From: a virus | Lineage: Duplodnaviria; Caudoviricetes | Virus record (IMG/VR): IMGVR_UViG_3300048856_000104 | Coordinates: 1 to 58,082 of that record | DNA length: 58,082 nt | Direction: 5' to 3' (one strand) | Part shown: in pieces, positions 26,111-35,680 of the stretch | Layout of the letters: each line of letters starts with the position of its first letter | How positions within the stretch are numbered: the first letter of the stretch is position 1 | Program-made: the position numbers and the translations under genes | The notes under the pieces: model-generated | Databases searched by the model: none | Seen by the model: only the letters and a program-made list of their open reading frames with translations | What the model was told of the DNA's origin: nothing

Positions 26111-27256
26111 ATGGATCTTTTATATGGAGCAATAATTGGGGTAGTTATCACTGAATTGTACAATTACCTAAAGAGAAAGTATATCCGTGAACGGAAGGTT
26201 TCAAGTTTAAGAAAAGTTTTCAAGAATAAATTCGAGATCGATAATGGCATTATAGCATTGGACCATGCTATCCCATATTATTTAAAGGAAAATATACACT
26301 TGAGAGATTCAGGTAAGTCACTGTTTATTGAAATACCTTCAACATACCGTGAAGAGCTGAAGCGGAATGGTTTTGAGTCTCGAGGGAATACCATGTTTTC
26401 TGGTAGTTCGGATTTGTCAGAACTGCTTGGAAACTTGATGCTTGAGAATTCAAGAGAGGTTATTGAATTAGCTGCCTCGGAAACTGCGCAGGATTTTCTT
26501 AAAGATCTTAATCAAGGTCATACTAGATTCAACAACCCAATGTTTGGAGTTTATAAGATACGATCTGAACGTATTTCCCAAGATGAAAATTCAGGATTTA
26601 GCATTGATTTTTATCAGACCGACTATTTTACGCATAGAACATTCGTAAACATTTACAACAAGTACAAAGATGTTCCTGGTAAATTTGAAATCAAAAGCCT
26701 ACAGGATTTAAATTTATATTCACCATTTCTTGCATCATTTGGTCTTGGAAATTTCTTAATTATAAACCAGGGGAATGGGGATGAAGTAATTATCGGCAAA
26801 CGTTCAATGGGTGTTGTGGTAGATAAGGGGAAACTTCATTTTAGCATGAATGAAGCTTTTAGCATGAATGATGTTGATGAATATGGTAATCCGAGTTTTT
26901 CTGCTTGCCTTTTTCGAGGTTTGGAAGAGGAGTTAGGTATCAGTCCTATTTTTAAGAAGTATGTAACAAGCCACGAGTTCCTAGATCTGGTTTTAGGTAT
27001 TGATAGGCTTGAAATGGGAATTACTAGTATAGCCCGAATAGGGCTAAATGACACATTTACATTCGAGACGCTTAAAGAACTTTATTCAATTGCCAAAGAC
27101 AGCAAACTTGAGACAACCTCTTTGCTCGCTCTGCCCATCAAAAATATAGATGTATTTCTAAAAGAGAATTCTACCAATGTAAGTCAAGGTTGTAAAATGG
27201 CTCTAATGGCTTTAAATGCTCGATATAAAGCCGGGTACCTGAGAGAAGAAGTATGA
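26111..27256 (+). CDS. Membrane-anchored protein with a degenerate Nudix-like domain (moron)
   Basis: N-terminal TM; RGLEEELGI Nudix-box helix; AT-rich. Confidence 0.65.
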   Translation: MDLLYGAIIGVVITELYNYLKRKYIRERKVSSLRKVFKNKFEIDNGIIALDHAIPYYLKENIHLRDSGKSLFIEIPSTYREELKRNGFESRGNTMFSGSSDLSELLGNLMLENSREVIELAASETAQDFLKDLNQGHTRFNNPMFGVYKIRSERISQDENSGFSIDFYQTDYFTHRTFVNIYNKYKDVPGKFEIKSLQDLNLYSPFLASFGLGNFLIINQGNGDEVIIGKRSMGVVVDKGKLHFSMNEAFSMNDVDEYGNPSFSACLFRGLEEELGISPIFKKYVTSHEFLDLVLGIDRLEMGITSIARIGLNDTFTFETLKELYSIAKDSKLETTSLLALPIKNIDVFLKENSTNVSQGCKMALMALNARYKAGYLREEV

Positions 27257-27291
27257 TCATACGAGTATAATAGATCTATCATCGCGTCAGT

Positions 27292-27333
27292 TATATGCTT
27301 TTTTGACATACCACGAATATTTACTTAATTTTA
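27292..27333 (+). promoter_or_regulatory. Palindromic operator, copy 4 (before terminase)
   Basis: TATATG-cttttttga-CATACC-ACGAATAT, then TAATTTTA. Confidence 0.6.
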
Positions 27334-27358
27334 CTCATTATTACTTGATTTTACATCA

Positions 27359-27835
27359 ATGGCATGGGAAACCAATAAGAAGACAATCAAAAGAATTGAG
27401 AAGTCTGCAGCTGAAAAACGCAAGAAATTTATCAAAGACTGTAATGCTGATCCGGATCTGAAAGCGTTTGACGCAAAGAAGAGGTACGCTTTGCACGCGC
27501 TTAAGCTTTGCCGTGGGAATATTTCCAACGCAAGCAAAATGATCAGCCTAAGCAGACGAACTATTCACCAGTACATGAGTGATGATCCTGATTTTGATGA
27601 AATGGTGAAGTTGATCAAGTTCGAGGTTCTTGATCAGGTTGAAGACAAGCTTCTTCAGAACTGTGATGCTGGTAAAGAAACATCGATTATCTACTATTTG
27701 AACTGCCAGGGTAAAGATCGTGGCTATGGTAATGCGCTTAAGGTGGATGGTAAGATCAATAACATTAACTACAATGTGCCAGTGACAGCTGACGAGGTGA
27801 AAGATATCGCCAAAGCTTTAGAAGACGAGTTTTAA
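27359..27835 (+). CDS. terS: Terminase small subunit
   Basis: HTH and IIYYL..QGKDRGY motif; directly upstream of terL. Confidence 0.8.
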   Translation: MAWETNKKTIKRIEKSAAEKRKKFIKDCNADPDLKAFDAKKRYALHALKLCRGNISNASKMISLSRRTIHQYMSDDPDFDEMVKLIKFEVLDQVEDKLLQNCDAGKETSIIYYLNCQGKDRGYGNALKVDGKINNINYNVPVTADEVKDIAKALEDEF

Positions 27836-27838
27836 GGA

Positions 27839-29398
27839 ATGCTGACTAAGGATGAAATAAAGAAGATCAAGGTGGCTACAGTCAAATGTAAGTCCGACCT
27901 TTTATTTCAGACCAGGTATTTGTTTAAAAAGAACACGAATAAGAAATTTATTATCGGTGATCATCACCAGCAGATCGCCAATGTGCTTGAGCTGGTGCTC
28001 AAAGGCGAACTTACTAAAGTGATGATCAACATTGCACCCAGGTATGGTAAGACAGAGCTTGCTGTAAAGAATTTCGTAGCACATGCGCTGGCTTTAAACG
28101 CTTCTGCTAACTTCATCCATCTTTCTTACTCAGATGATTTGGCTCTCGATAACTCTGAGGCTATCCGGGACATGGTAGAGACAGAAGCTTACCAGCAGAT
28201 GTTTCCTCATGTGCAGATTAAGCAGGATTCCGATGCTAAGAAGAAATGGTATACAACTGAAGGTGGCGGTGTTTATGCCCGGGCAGCAGGCGGCCAGGTA
28301 ACTGGATTCGGTGCGGGTAAGGTGGATGAGGAGAAAACTCCTGTGGAGTTTGAGGAAGAGGCCGAGTTTATTACTGAGCTGGACGGCATGCTTTCCGACC
28401 TGAACATCAAGTCTGGATTTAATGGCGCCCTGATCATAGATGACCCGATCAAGCCAGATGACGCAGATTCGGATACCATCAGGGAGCGTATTAACAATCG
28501 TTTCAATTCAACCATCCGGAATAGGGTAAACAGCAGGAATACCCCGATCATCATCATCATGCAGCGCCTGCATGAGAATGATCTCTGTGGATACCTGATG
28601 AGTCAGGAGGCTTATACCTACGACCTGGAAGAGGCATTGGCTGATAAAACCAAGTGGTACGTTCTTAGCATCCCAGTGATCAAGAACTACGGTGAAGAAG
28701 GTAAGGAGGAAGCATTGTGGCCATTCAAGCACACGCTTGAAGAGCTTAAGGAAATGGAAGAGAAGTTTCCTATTGTGTTTGGCCGGCAGTATATGATGAA
28801 TCCACAGCCCAAAGAAGGATTTCTTTATGGGCATTTCAAGACCTACCGACCTGGCTTTCTGCCTTTTTCTACCAGGCCCAAGGTGCGTAAAGCCTACATC
28901 GATACAGCTGATACCGGTACCGACTATCTATGTTCGATCGTCTACGATGAACTTGATATCGGAAACTTCGTGACAGACGTCATCTATACCCAGGCGAGCA
29001 TGGAAACTACCGAAGTGGAAGTCACCAAGCAGCTGGCCCGGGAAGAGGTTGATCGGGCGTTATTTGAAAGTAACAATGGTGGTCGTGGCTTCGCCCGTAA
29101 CGTTGAAAAAGGGCTCCGGCTCATTGGCAACAAAAAGACTAAAGTTGAGTGGTTCCATCAAAGCAATAATAAGGAGGTGAGGATTTTCACGAAGTCTGCT
29201 GATGTCATGAACCTGACGCATTTTCCTGAAGGATGGGAGAAGTTGTGGCCAGCTTTTTATAAGGCATTGAAAACATATAAAGCGGCTGGGAAGAATGCGC
29301 ATGATGATGCCGAAGATGCGCTTACCGGAACTACTGAGGATTTTGGTAATAAGGTGATTGTGACGGCGCAAAGCAAATCAAAATTAGGATTCTATTAA
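27839..29398 (+). CDS. terL: Terminase large subunit
   Basis: APRYGKT, IIDDP, MQRLHENDL, YIDTA, HDDAEDA. Confidence 0.95.
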   Translation: MLTKDEIKKIKVATVKCKSDLLFQTRYLFKKNTNKKFIIGDHHQQIANVLELVLKGELTKVMINIAPRYGKTELAVKNFVAHALALNASANFIHLSYSDDLALDNSEAIRDMVETEAYQQMFPHVQIKQDSDAKKKWYTTEGGGVYARAAGGQVTGFGAGKVDEEKTPVEFEEEAEFITELDGMLSDLNIKSGFNGALIIDDPIKPDDADSDTIRERINNRFNSTIRNRVNSRNTPIIIIMQRLHENDLCGYLMSQEAYTYDLEEALADKTKWYVLSIPVIKNYGEEGKEEALWPFKHTLEELKEMEEKFPIVFGRQYMMNPQPKEGFLYGHFKTYRPGFLPFSTRPKVRKAYIDTADTGTDYLCSIVYDELDIGNFVTDVIYTQASMETTEVEVTKQLAREEVDRALFESNNGGRGFARNVEKGLRLIGNKKTKVEWFHQSNNKEVRIFTKSADVMNLTHFPEGWEKLWPAFYKALKTYKAAGKNAHDDAEDALTGTTEDFGNKVIVTAQSKSKLGFY

Positions 29399-29408
29399 AA
29401 TTCACATA

Positions 29409-30776
29409 ATGGCTGAAGAAGTAAAAAAAGAGATTGACAGTACCGACGTTCGCTCGTTGCTGCTGGGTGGTTTGGTTGACGAGGCAAAAGCTTTGTTTTC
29501 CACCAGGAAGGATAAGGTTGAAGCGGCGTTAAAAGAGTGGAATGTCGCTACACATAAGATCCATGATCGTCCGAAAAAGTATGTCGATAATGAAGAGGTT
29601 CCGCAAGCAAAGTTAGCTTTACCATATCAAAGAAAGATCGTGCAGTCAGCTGTGGCCTTCCTTTTTGGAAAGCCTGTGAAGTTGATCCAGCAAAGCGAGG
29701 ATACAGATAAAGCGTTCATGCTTATTGATAAGTTATGGACTGAAATGCGAATGGCTACATTAAACAGGAAGAATGCAAGAACACTGTTCTCCCAAACCGC
29801 ATGTGCAAAGCTGTTCGTTGAATATAGAGATCCTGACTTAGAAGGCGCCGATGGCTTCAACAGCGTAAAATGTATTCTCCTAGACAAGAAGAATGGCAAT
29901 GATCTGTATTACAAAAAAGACCAATACGGCGTAATGCAATGCATTGCCCGTGGCTATACATCTAAACTAGGGGACAAGTCAACAGAGCACTTCGATGCTG
30001 AATTTGCTGATATCATCATCTCATGCAAGAAAACTGATGGCTTTTGGCAAGTTGATACAGCCACCAACCTAGCTAAGAAGATTCGGTACAGCTATTATGA
30101 GCAGGAAGAAACAGAGTGGGATACAGTGCAGGCTATTATTGAGCGTCAAGAAATGCTGATCTCAAAGCGATCGGACAACAACGACTATACTGCAGATTCT
30201 ATTTTGGTTCTTACCGGTGATGTGGAATCGCTTCCAGGTAAAGAGGAAACTGGAAAAGTAGTGCAACTGAAAGGACAGGGGGCAAGTGCATCCTATTTAT
30301 CTCCAACGATGGCCATTGATATGGTTAAAGACGAGCGCACAACTCTGGATAACTACATCCTTTATTTCACCGATACCCCGGACCTATCCAGTGAGCAGCT
30401 GCGAAGTATAGGGCAAGATAGCGGCAAGGCGCTTGAAATGAAATTTTTCCCGGCCATTCTTAAAGCCATGGACAAGCTGGAGCTGTTTGAGGAGATGATC
30501 GATCGGGAAATCAACATTCTAAAATCCATGATCAAGAATATCATAGATGTAAGTCCAGCAATGGCTGAGGAACTCAAAAACCTACGAATTAGCTATGAGT
30601 TTGGTAATCCGCTTCCAGATAACATCAAAGAATTTATGGAAACATTGTCAACGGCTGTCGGAGGTAAGCCGATCATGAGCCGTAAAAAAGCCGTTGAGCT
30701 CAATCCTCTTGTCAAAGATGCAGATGCTGAAAATGCTCAAATGGATAGTGAAGAAATATCAACCATTGAAGATTAA
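29409..30776 (+). CDS. Portal protein (SPP1 gp6-like)
   Basis: AFLFGKPV, TPDLS, SGKALEM; follows terL. Confidence 0.9.
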   Translation: MAEEVKKEIDSTDVRSLLLGGLVDEAKALFSTRKDKVEAALKEWNVATHKIHDRPKKYVDNEEVPQAKLALPYQRKIVQSAVAFLFGKPVKLIQQSEDTDKAFMLIDKLWTEMRMATLNRKNARTLFSQTACAKLFVEYRDPDLEGADGFNSVKCILLDKKNGNDLYYKKDQYGVMQCIARGYTSKLGDKSTEHFDAEFADIIISCKKTDGFWQVDTATNLAKKIRYSYYEQEETEWDTVQAIIERQEMLISKRSDNNDYTADSILVLTGDVESLPGKEETGKVVQLKGQGASASYLSPTMAIDMVKDERTTLDNYILYFTDTPDLSSEQLRSIGQDSGKALEMKFFPAILKAMDKLELFEEMIDREINILKSMIKNIIDVSPAMAEELKNLRISYEFGNPLPDNIKEFMETLSTAVGGKPIMSRKKAVELNPLVKDADAENAQMDSEEISTIED

Positions 30777-30812
30777 TATGTTGAAAAACCATATTGCGAA
30801 TATGTATCTTTG
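30775..30812 (+). promoter_or_regulatory. Palindromic operator, copy 5, with promoter
   Basis: AATATG-ttgaaaaac-CATATT-GCGAATATG, then TATCTTTG at 30805. Confidence 0.72.
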
Positions 30813-30815
30813 TGT

Positions 30816-30896
30816 ATAGCGTACTCCACGTTAGTTGGTTTTAGTTTAGTTTTAAAGGTTAGTACAGCCGGGTGGAGTGGTTCCCATCCGGTTTTT
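30816..30896 (+). ncRNA. Putative sRNA of about 80 nt with a GU-rich core and terminator
   Basis: Follows the promoter; ACTCCAC (30823-30829) is complementary to GTGGAGT (30872-30878); terminator GCCGGGTGG/CCATCCGGT-TTTT. Confidence 0.6.
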
Positions 30897-30898
30897 GA

Positions 30899-31114
30899 TT
30901 ATCGATTTTTTTCGATAGCCGTTAACAGTTCTTCAATGTGTCTTCTATAAGAATCGTTTAGCAAGACAAAGCGATTTTTGCTATAATCGTAAATACAGGC
31001 CGTTGGCAGTTGAAGATTGGACTTTAAGAGCAACTCTTTGACAACATTTAAGTCCTCATCTTTGGCGAAGTATGTGTCATCTGAGAAGACATCATATATT
31101 AATCCAATATACAT
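30899..31114 (-). CDS. Small hypothetical protein (moron) within the head module
   Basis: CIYDYSKN...SYRRHIE; resembles 20481..20732. Confidence 0.55.
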   Translation of the reverse strand: MYIGLIYDVFSDDTYFAKDEDLNVVKELLLKSNLQLPTACIYDYSKNRFVLLNDSYRRHIEELLTAIEKNR

Positions 31115-31143
31115 AGCTGGGCGTTTTATTAAATATACTCGTA

Positions 31144-32184
31144 ATGTCAGATAGAATCAATAAAAACTTTGAAACCAGGCATTTGGCTAATATTAAGAAG
31201 AAGCAAAAGCAGGTAAAGTCAATCTATCAAAAGACGATTGAGAAGCTTTATAGGGGTCTTCCTCCAATAAAAATGAAGTCTGACACCTTTCGTATTTCGG
31301 ATTACCCTGTGCTTAAAAAAAAGATTGATGGTCTACTTTTGGACTTCAGTCAGGAGGTGAACTTAACGCTGCTGAACGGCATCAAAGAAGAGTGGGAACT
31401 TTCCACTGAAAAAAATGCTGGAGTAATACACGCAACGTACAAAGGCAAAAAGCTATCGGAGACTGTGGAGCGTATGATCTATGATCCACGTACTGATGCA
31501 CTTGAACAATTTAGCAAGCGGAGGGTAGCAGGACTTGATCTGTCTGATCGAGTTTGGAAATACACCAATCAGCTCAGGACCGAAATAGAGCAAAACCTGC
31601 ATGCTGGATTAAGTGAAGGGAAGTCTGCTGCTGCAATGGCTCGTGATCAGATACAATACCTACAGCAACCAGATAGACTTTTCAGGCGAGTGCGCGATGC
31701 AAACGGTAAATTACAGCTTTCCAAAGCAGCGCAAGAGTATAAACCTGGAAAAGGTATTTACAGGTCCAGCTACAAAAATGCCATGAGGCTCACCCGGGAT
31801 ATCAACAATGAAAGCTACCGGCAGGCGGATATGATCCGGTATCAAAGCTTACCCTTCATTATAGGCTACCAGGTCAACCTATCCAACAACCATCCACGCA
31901 CCGACATCTGCGATTCTCTTAAAGGCACTTACCCTAAAACCTTCGTATGGCGCAAATGGCACAATCAATGCCTTTGCAACTGTACCGCAAAACTTGCAAG
32001 TCCGGATGATTACGACAAATACGAGCAAGCGCTTCTGAACGGTACCGCAGAGAACTACCAGTTTAAAGGTGTTGTAAACGATCTACCGGATAACTTCAAG
32101 TCCTATGTCGAAAAAGGTAAAGGATCTATGGATAATTGGAAGCGTAAACCTGATTGGGTTACCGAAAATGGCGTAAAAATATAA
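31144..32184 (+). CDS. Minor head/head morphogenesis protein (gpF/gp7-like)
   Basis: LSDRVW, YKNAMRLTR, ICD...WHNQCLC. Confidence 0.85.
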   Translation: MSDRINKNFETRHLANIKKKQKQVKSIYQKTIEKLYRGLPPIKMKSDTFRISDYPVLKKKIDGLLLDFSQEVNLTLLNGIKEEWELSTEKNAGVIHATYKGKKLSETVERMIYDPRTDALEQFSKRRVAGLDLSDRVWKYTNQLRTEIEQNLHAGLSEGKSAAAMARDQIQYLQQPDRLFRRVRDANGKLQLSKAAQEYKPGKGIYRSSYKNAMRLTRDINNESYRQADMIRYQSLPFIIGYQVNLSNNHPRTDICDSLKGTYPKTFVWRKWHNQCLCNCTAKLASPDDYDKYEQALLNGTAENYQFKGVVNDLPDNFKSYVEKGKGSMDNWKRKPDWVTENGVKI

Positions 32185-32282
32185 GATGCGGCAACACTTT
32201 CAAGTCATAACGCATTAAAAAATGTCTTAACAACAATCCTCCATAATTTTAGGCTTATTCTCAAAAAGCTTAAAAAACAAAC

Positions 32283-32921
32283 ATGAAGGACAAAGTATTG
32301 GCACGACTGCGAGCGCTGTTCCCAGGAGTGAACCTATCTAAGACTCGTAAAGAGAAGATCGCGGACTACGTGGTTTCTAAAATCACAAATGAGGACGAGA
32401 TTGACGACAAGCTTAATGACTACAACGATTTCATGTCGTTTGCGGACATTGCTAAAAATGACGATCGCCAACGCGAAGCGGATAACAAAAAAGCAAAGGA
32501 CGATGCTGATGCAAAAGCGAAAGCTGATGCTGAGCAAGACGGAAACGATGGAGAGGACAACCAGGAGCAAATGCCAGCTTGGGCAAAGCCGCTGATGAGT
32601 AAGATCTCGTCTTTGGAATCTCAACTTGCTGGTGAAAAAGGCAAATCAACTATCAACGAATTAAAAGCTGCCGCCAAAGCTAAAGGTATTCCTGAGGCTT
32701 TTGCTGCTAAGTACGTGATAGGTGAAGACTATAATCAAGAGACCGCTCTTGCAGCCTTAGAGACTGAGTGGACTGAATTAAAGCAAATCGCAGTTAATGG
32801 AGAAGTAAAGGACGGCAAAGTCATTCTTGGCGAACCCGCACCAAACGGAACTCCAGCTGCAAAGGCAGCCATCGCCAAACAAATGGAAGAGGCTGCTAAA
32901 GGTTTAATTGAAACAGTTTAA
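32283..32921 (+). CDS. Capsid scaffolding protein
   Basis: Charged helical protein with MPAWAK; position in the head module. Confidence 0.7.
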   Translation: MKDKVLARLRALFPGVNLSKTRKEKIADYVVSKITNEDEIDDKLNDYNDFMSFADIAKNDDRQREADNKKAKDDADAKAKADAEQDGNDGEDNQEQMPAWAKPLMSKISSLESQLAGEKGKSTINELKAAAKAKGIPEAFAAKYVIGEDYNQETALAALETEWTELKQIAVNGEVKDGKVILGEPAPNGTPAAKAAIAKQMEEAAKGLIETV

Positions 32922-32932
32922 CAAACTTAAAA

Positions 32933-33517
32933 ATGGGTTTAAAATTCAAAAAAACGGAGACGTTCGGAGATATCCCGGTTTACCAGCAAACTCATGAGGT
33001 GTCTCAAAGTGGTTACACACTTGACACAAATGGCTTAGCTGACGGATCAGTCCTGCCCGCAGGAACGGTGATTATTGCGGATGATGCAACCCGTAAAGCA
33101 AAAGCACTTAAGACTGCGAAAGTAGTAGAAGTGGCGGCAGCTGATGCTGTTGTTTACAAAGTTGCCAAAGGCAGCCAGATTGCCGTTGGTGATAACATTG
33201 GTTTGGGTCTCAAAGGCAAAGCTTACCCGGTTACTGCAATCGACAATAGTAATGCTTCTTACGACTCAATCACAGTAAGCACCACTTTAGGTGCTGCAGG
33301 AGTTGATGCACCATTATTCCAGTCATCCACAACAGGGGCCACTAACAGTGCTTTATCGGGTACTCCAACAGGCTTACTGTATGAGCCAACATTAGTTGAG
33401 CCAAACGCAACGATCACAGTTGTATTACGCGGTACCGTGTACGCGCGTAGAATTCCAGGTGTCCCGGCTGACGTGAAAGCGTTATTGCCGCTCATCATTT
33501 TTTCACAAAGCAAATAA
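32933..33517 (+). CDS. Head decoration protein
   Basis: LPAGT...VLRGTV; immediately before the capsid gene. Confidence 0.65.
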   Translation: MGLKFKKTETFGDIPVYQQTHEVSQSGYTLDTNGLADGSVLPAGTVIIADDATRKAKALKTAKVVEVAAADAVVYKVAKGSQIAVGDNIGLGLKGKAYPVTAIDNSNASYDSITVSTTLGAAGVDAPLFQSSTTGATNSALSGTPTGLLYEPTLVEPNATITVVLRGTVYARRIPGVPADVKALLPLIIFSQSK

Positions 33518-33524
33518 TTAGAAA

Positions 33525-34607
33525 ATGGCAGAACAATTTAAGTCCATATTCGGCGACTACACGGAAAATATGAGTGTACTTGCTAAGGCACTCGAAGCCC
33601 AAAAGGTTCAGCCTTTGTACACCAATTACCTTGACTGGGCCACACCTACAGTAGGTTTAGACTTTTCAACGGTGATTGGTAAAGAAAGGTTGGCATCAAT
33701 GGCATCGGTAGTTGATATCGACTCCAACCACCCGCTAAGATCTCGTTCTGCAGCTTATAAAGTTGAAGGAGAGGTACCAGCGATAAAGGTTGCTCGCAGC
33801 TTAACGCAGAAGCAGTATCGTAACTACAGAATGCTGCAAAGCATCAAGACGTTAAGTGATGCTGAAAAAGTTCGAGCAATCACCAAGTACATTCTAGATG
33901 ACATGAAGTATGTTACTGATGCTGTAAAGTTCAGAATCAACTACATGTTCTTACAGATGCTTTCTACTGGTGGTCTGGAATTAACTGTTGACAATAACCC
34001 TGATGGTATTGTTACTGACGTTGTTCCGGTTGGGTTTTTGGAAGACAATATCTTCGAAGCTTCAAAGAACATTGACGACGCGACAGCTCCAATTATCACC
34101 AACGTTAAAGACGTTGTTGAGACCGCTCGTGGTAACGGTGATGCGATCGACAAGATCATGGTATCTCGAACCCTGTGGAACAAGATCAAGAAAAACAAAG
34201 AGTTTCTTGACGAGATGAAGGCGTACTTCAACCCGGGATCGAATGCACGTGCTGTGTTTACCGAAGCCAACCTGAACATGTACATGACAGATAACGATCT
34301 GCCAAACTTCCAGGTTATCGATGCAATCGCTCGTTCTGAAGAAGATGGCAAGCAGAAAATCCTTAAACCATTCAGTGAAGAGACATTAGTGTTTGTTCCT
34401 GCTGGTAAGCTGGGTATCATCCATAACGCATTTGCGATTGAGGAAATGGAGCCGAACGACAATGTAGAATATACAACAGTTGAGCGCATATTGGTTTCCA
34501 AATGGCATGAGCGTTCTCCTTGGGCTGAAAAGACTGCAGGTGAATGTATCGCTGTACCAGGACTCGAGGCTGTTGAAAGCATTTACCACCTGAAAACGAA
34601 CGTTTAA
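33525..34607 (+). CDS. Major capsid protein (lambda gpE-like)
   Basis: 360 aa; MASVV..DS..PLRSR; position. Confidence 0.85.
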   Translation: MAEQFKSIFGDYTENMSVLAKALEAQKVQPLYTNYLDWATPTVGLDFSTVIGKERLASMASVVDIDSNHPLRSRSAAYKVEGEVPAIKVARSLTQKQYRNYRMLQSIKTLSDAEKVRAITKYILDDMKYVTDAVKFRINYMFLQMLSTGGLELTVDNNPDGIVTDVVPVGFLEDNIFEASKNIDDATAPIITNVKDVVETARGNGDAIDKIMVSRTLWNKIKKNKEFLDEMKAYFNPGSNARAVFTEANLNMYMTDNDLPNFQVIDAIARSEEDGKQKILKPFSEETLVFVPAGKLGIIHNAFAIEEMEPNDNVEYTTVERILVSKWHERSPWAEKTAGECIAVPGLEAVESIYHLKTNV

Positions 34608-34608
34608 G

Positions 34609-34935
34609 ATGGCATCACAAACGATCTTAAAATCACTAAAAAGCAAAATTAACTTTCCTCTTCCAGAGGAGAGTTATTCTACTGCCTTGATCGAAGCTGG
34701 TCTTGATGGCGATGCTGTTTATACCAAGGATCTTAAAAAGGATGTAGAGCTATGTGCTGCTGAATTGATTTTAGTTGTTTGTACTAGCGGAAACGTGTCT
34801 GAAGGAGGCTACTCACTGTCTATCAGCGACAAGAAATCATTGATGTCCGCCAGATCAATCTATTTAAAGAGGTGGAATACTGATGATGAAGCAGTAGAGA
34901 AGTCAACGGTTAGTTCAGGTTCAGGTTTGTGGTAA
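34609..34935 (+). CDS. Head-tail adaptor
   Basis: NVSEGGYSLS; position. Confidence 0.7.
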   Translation: MASQTILKSLKSKINFPLPEESYSTALIEAGLDGDAVYTKDLKKDVELCAAELILVVCTSGNVSEGGYSLSISDKKSLMSARSIYLKRWNTDDEAVEKSTVSSGSGLW

Positions 34936-35264
34936 TGATCATTCAATACCCTCATCTTTTAAAATACGACATCGTAACCGGAGGTTATGAGGAGGTGGAC
35001 GAGAACGGCGACACTGTTATTGTTCCAGGCTCAAAGTCTATAGTTGAAATTAAATGCAGGTTTGAGCCGAATGCTGATGGGGAGCGTATCGTCTCTGCGG
35101 ATGGTGAACAGCTTGAGTTTGGGTGGATCGTTTACATGCCGGTGAGTTCTCCTGAAGTTCCTAACGGAGCCCAGATTACCGGATTCAATAGCGATAAAGT
35201 GATTGCAAAAGGAAACGTCAAGCGCTTCAGTCGGGGCCAGCTAAACGCAAGGGCATGGGTATAA
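34929..35264 (+). CDS. Head closure protein
   Basis: Position and size. Confidence 0.6.
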   Translation: MVMIIQYPHLLKYDIVTGGYEEVDENGDTVIVPGSKSIVEIKCRFEPNADGERIVSADGEQLEFGWIVYMPVSSPEVPNGAQITGFNSDKVIAKGNVKRFSRGQLNARAWV

Positions 35265-35680
35265 GAAACAGAGCTACTCAGTCGCAGATTGATGCAATGT
35301 TCGCTGTTCGCTTGGAACGCATTGAAGATGCTATTATAAGCAGGCTGAAATTCATCGGGGAGACCTGCACGAATAACGCCAAGGCAAATGGCACCTACAA
35401 TGACATTACCGGTAACCTCAGAAGTTCTTTGTGCTATGTTGTACTTAAGAATGGAAAGGTAAAAACCGGAAGCGAGATTCCGTCCAACAGTAAAAAGCGG
35501 ATTCAGGAGCTTATAAAACAGTACAGTAACGGCTATGTGCTCATTGTATTAGCAGGTATGGACTACGCTGCAGCAGTTGAAAGTAGAGGTAAGGACGTGC
35601 TTACGGCAAGTTCAATCATTGCCAAGGCCCAACTGAAAACCGCGATTAAAAACTTTAGAAGGACACTTAAAAACGCATGA
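35255..35680 (+). CDS. HK97 gp10-like neck protein
   Basis: DITGNLRSS...AGMDYAAAVE. Confidence 0.8.
   Translation: MGIRNRATQSQIDAMFAVRLERIEDAIISRLKFIGETCTNNAKANGTYNDITGNLRSSLCYVVLKNGKVKTGSEIPSNSKKRIQELIKQYSNGYVLIVLAGMDYAAAVESRGKDVLTASSIIAKAQLKTAIKNFRRTLKNA

Noticed and set aside
28320-28420. Acidic insertion in TerL as a possible intein
   Set aside because: Short and lacks intein terminal motifs
33941-34582. 213-aa antisense ORF within the capsid gene, and other shadow ORFs (e.g. 4140..4664, 46736..47173)
   Set aside because: Fully overlap well-supported genes and have atypical S/L/I-rich composition; codon-mirror artefacts
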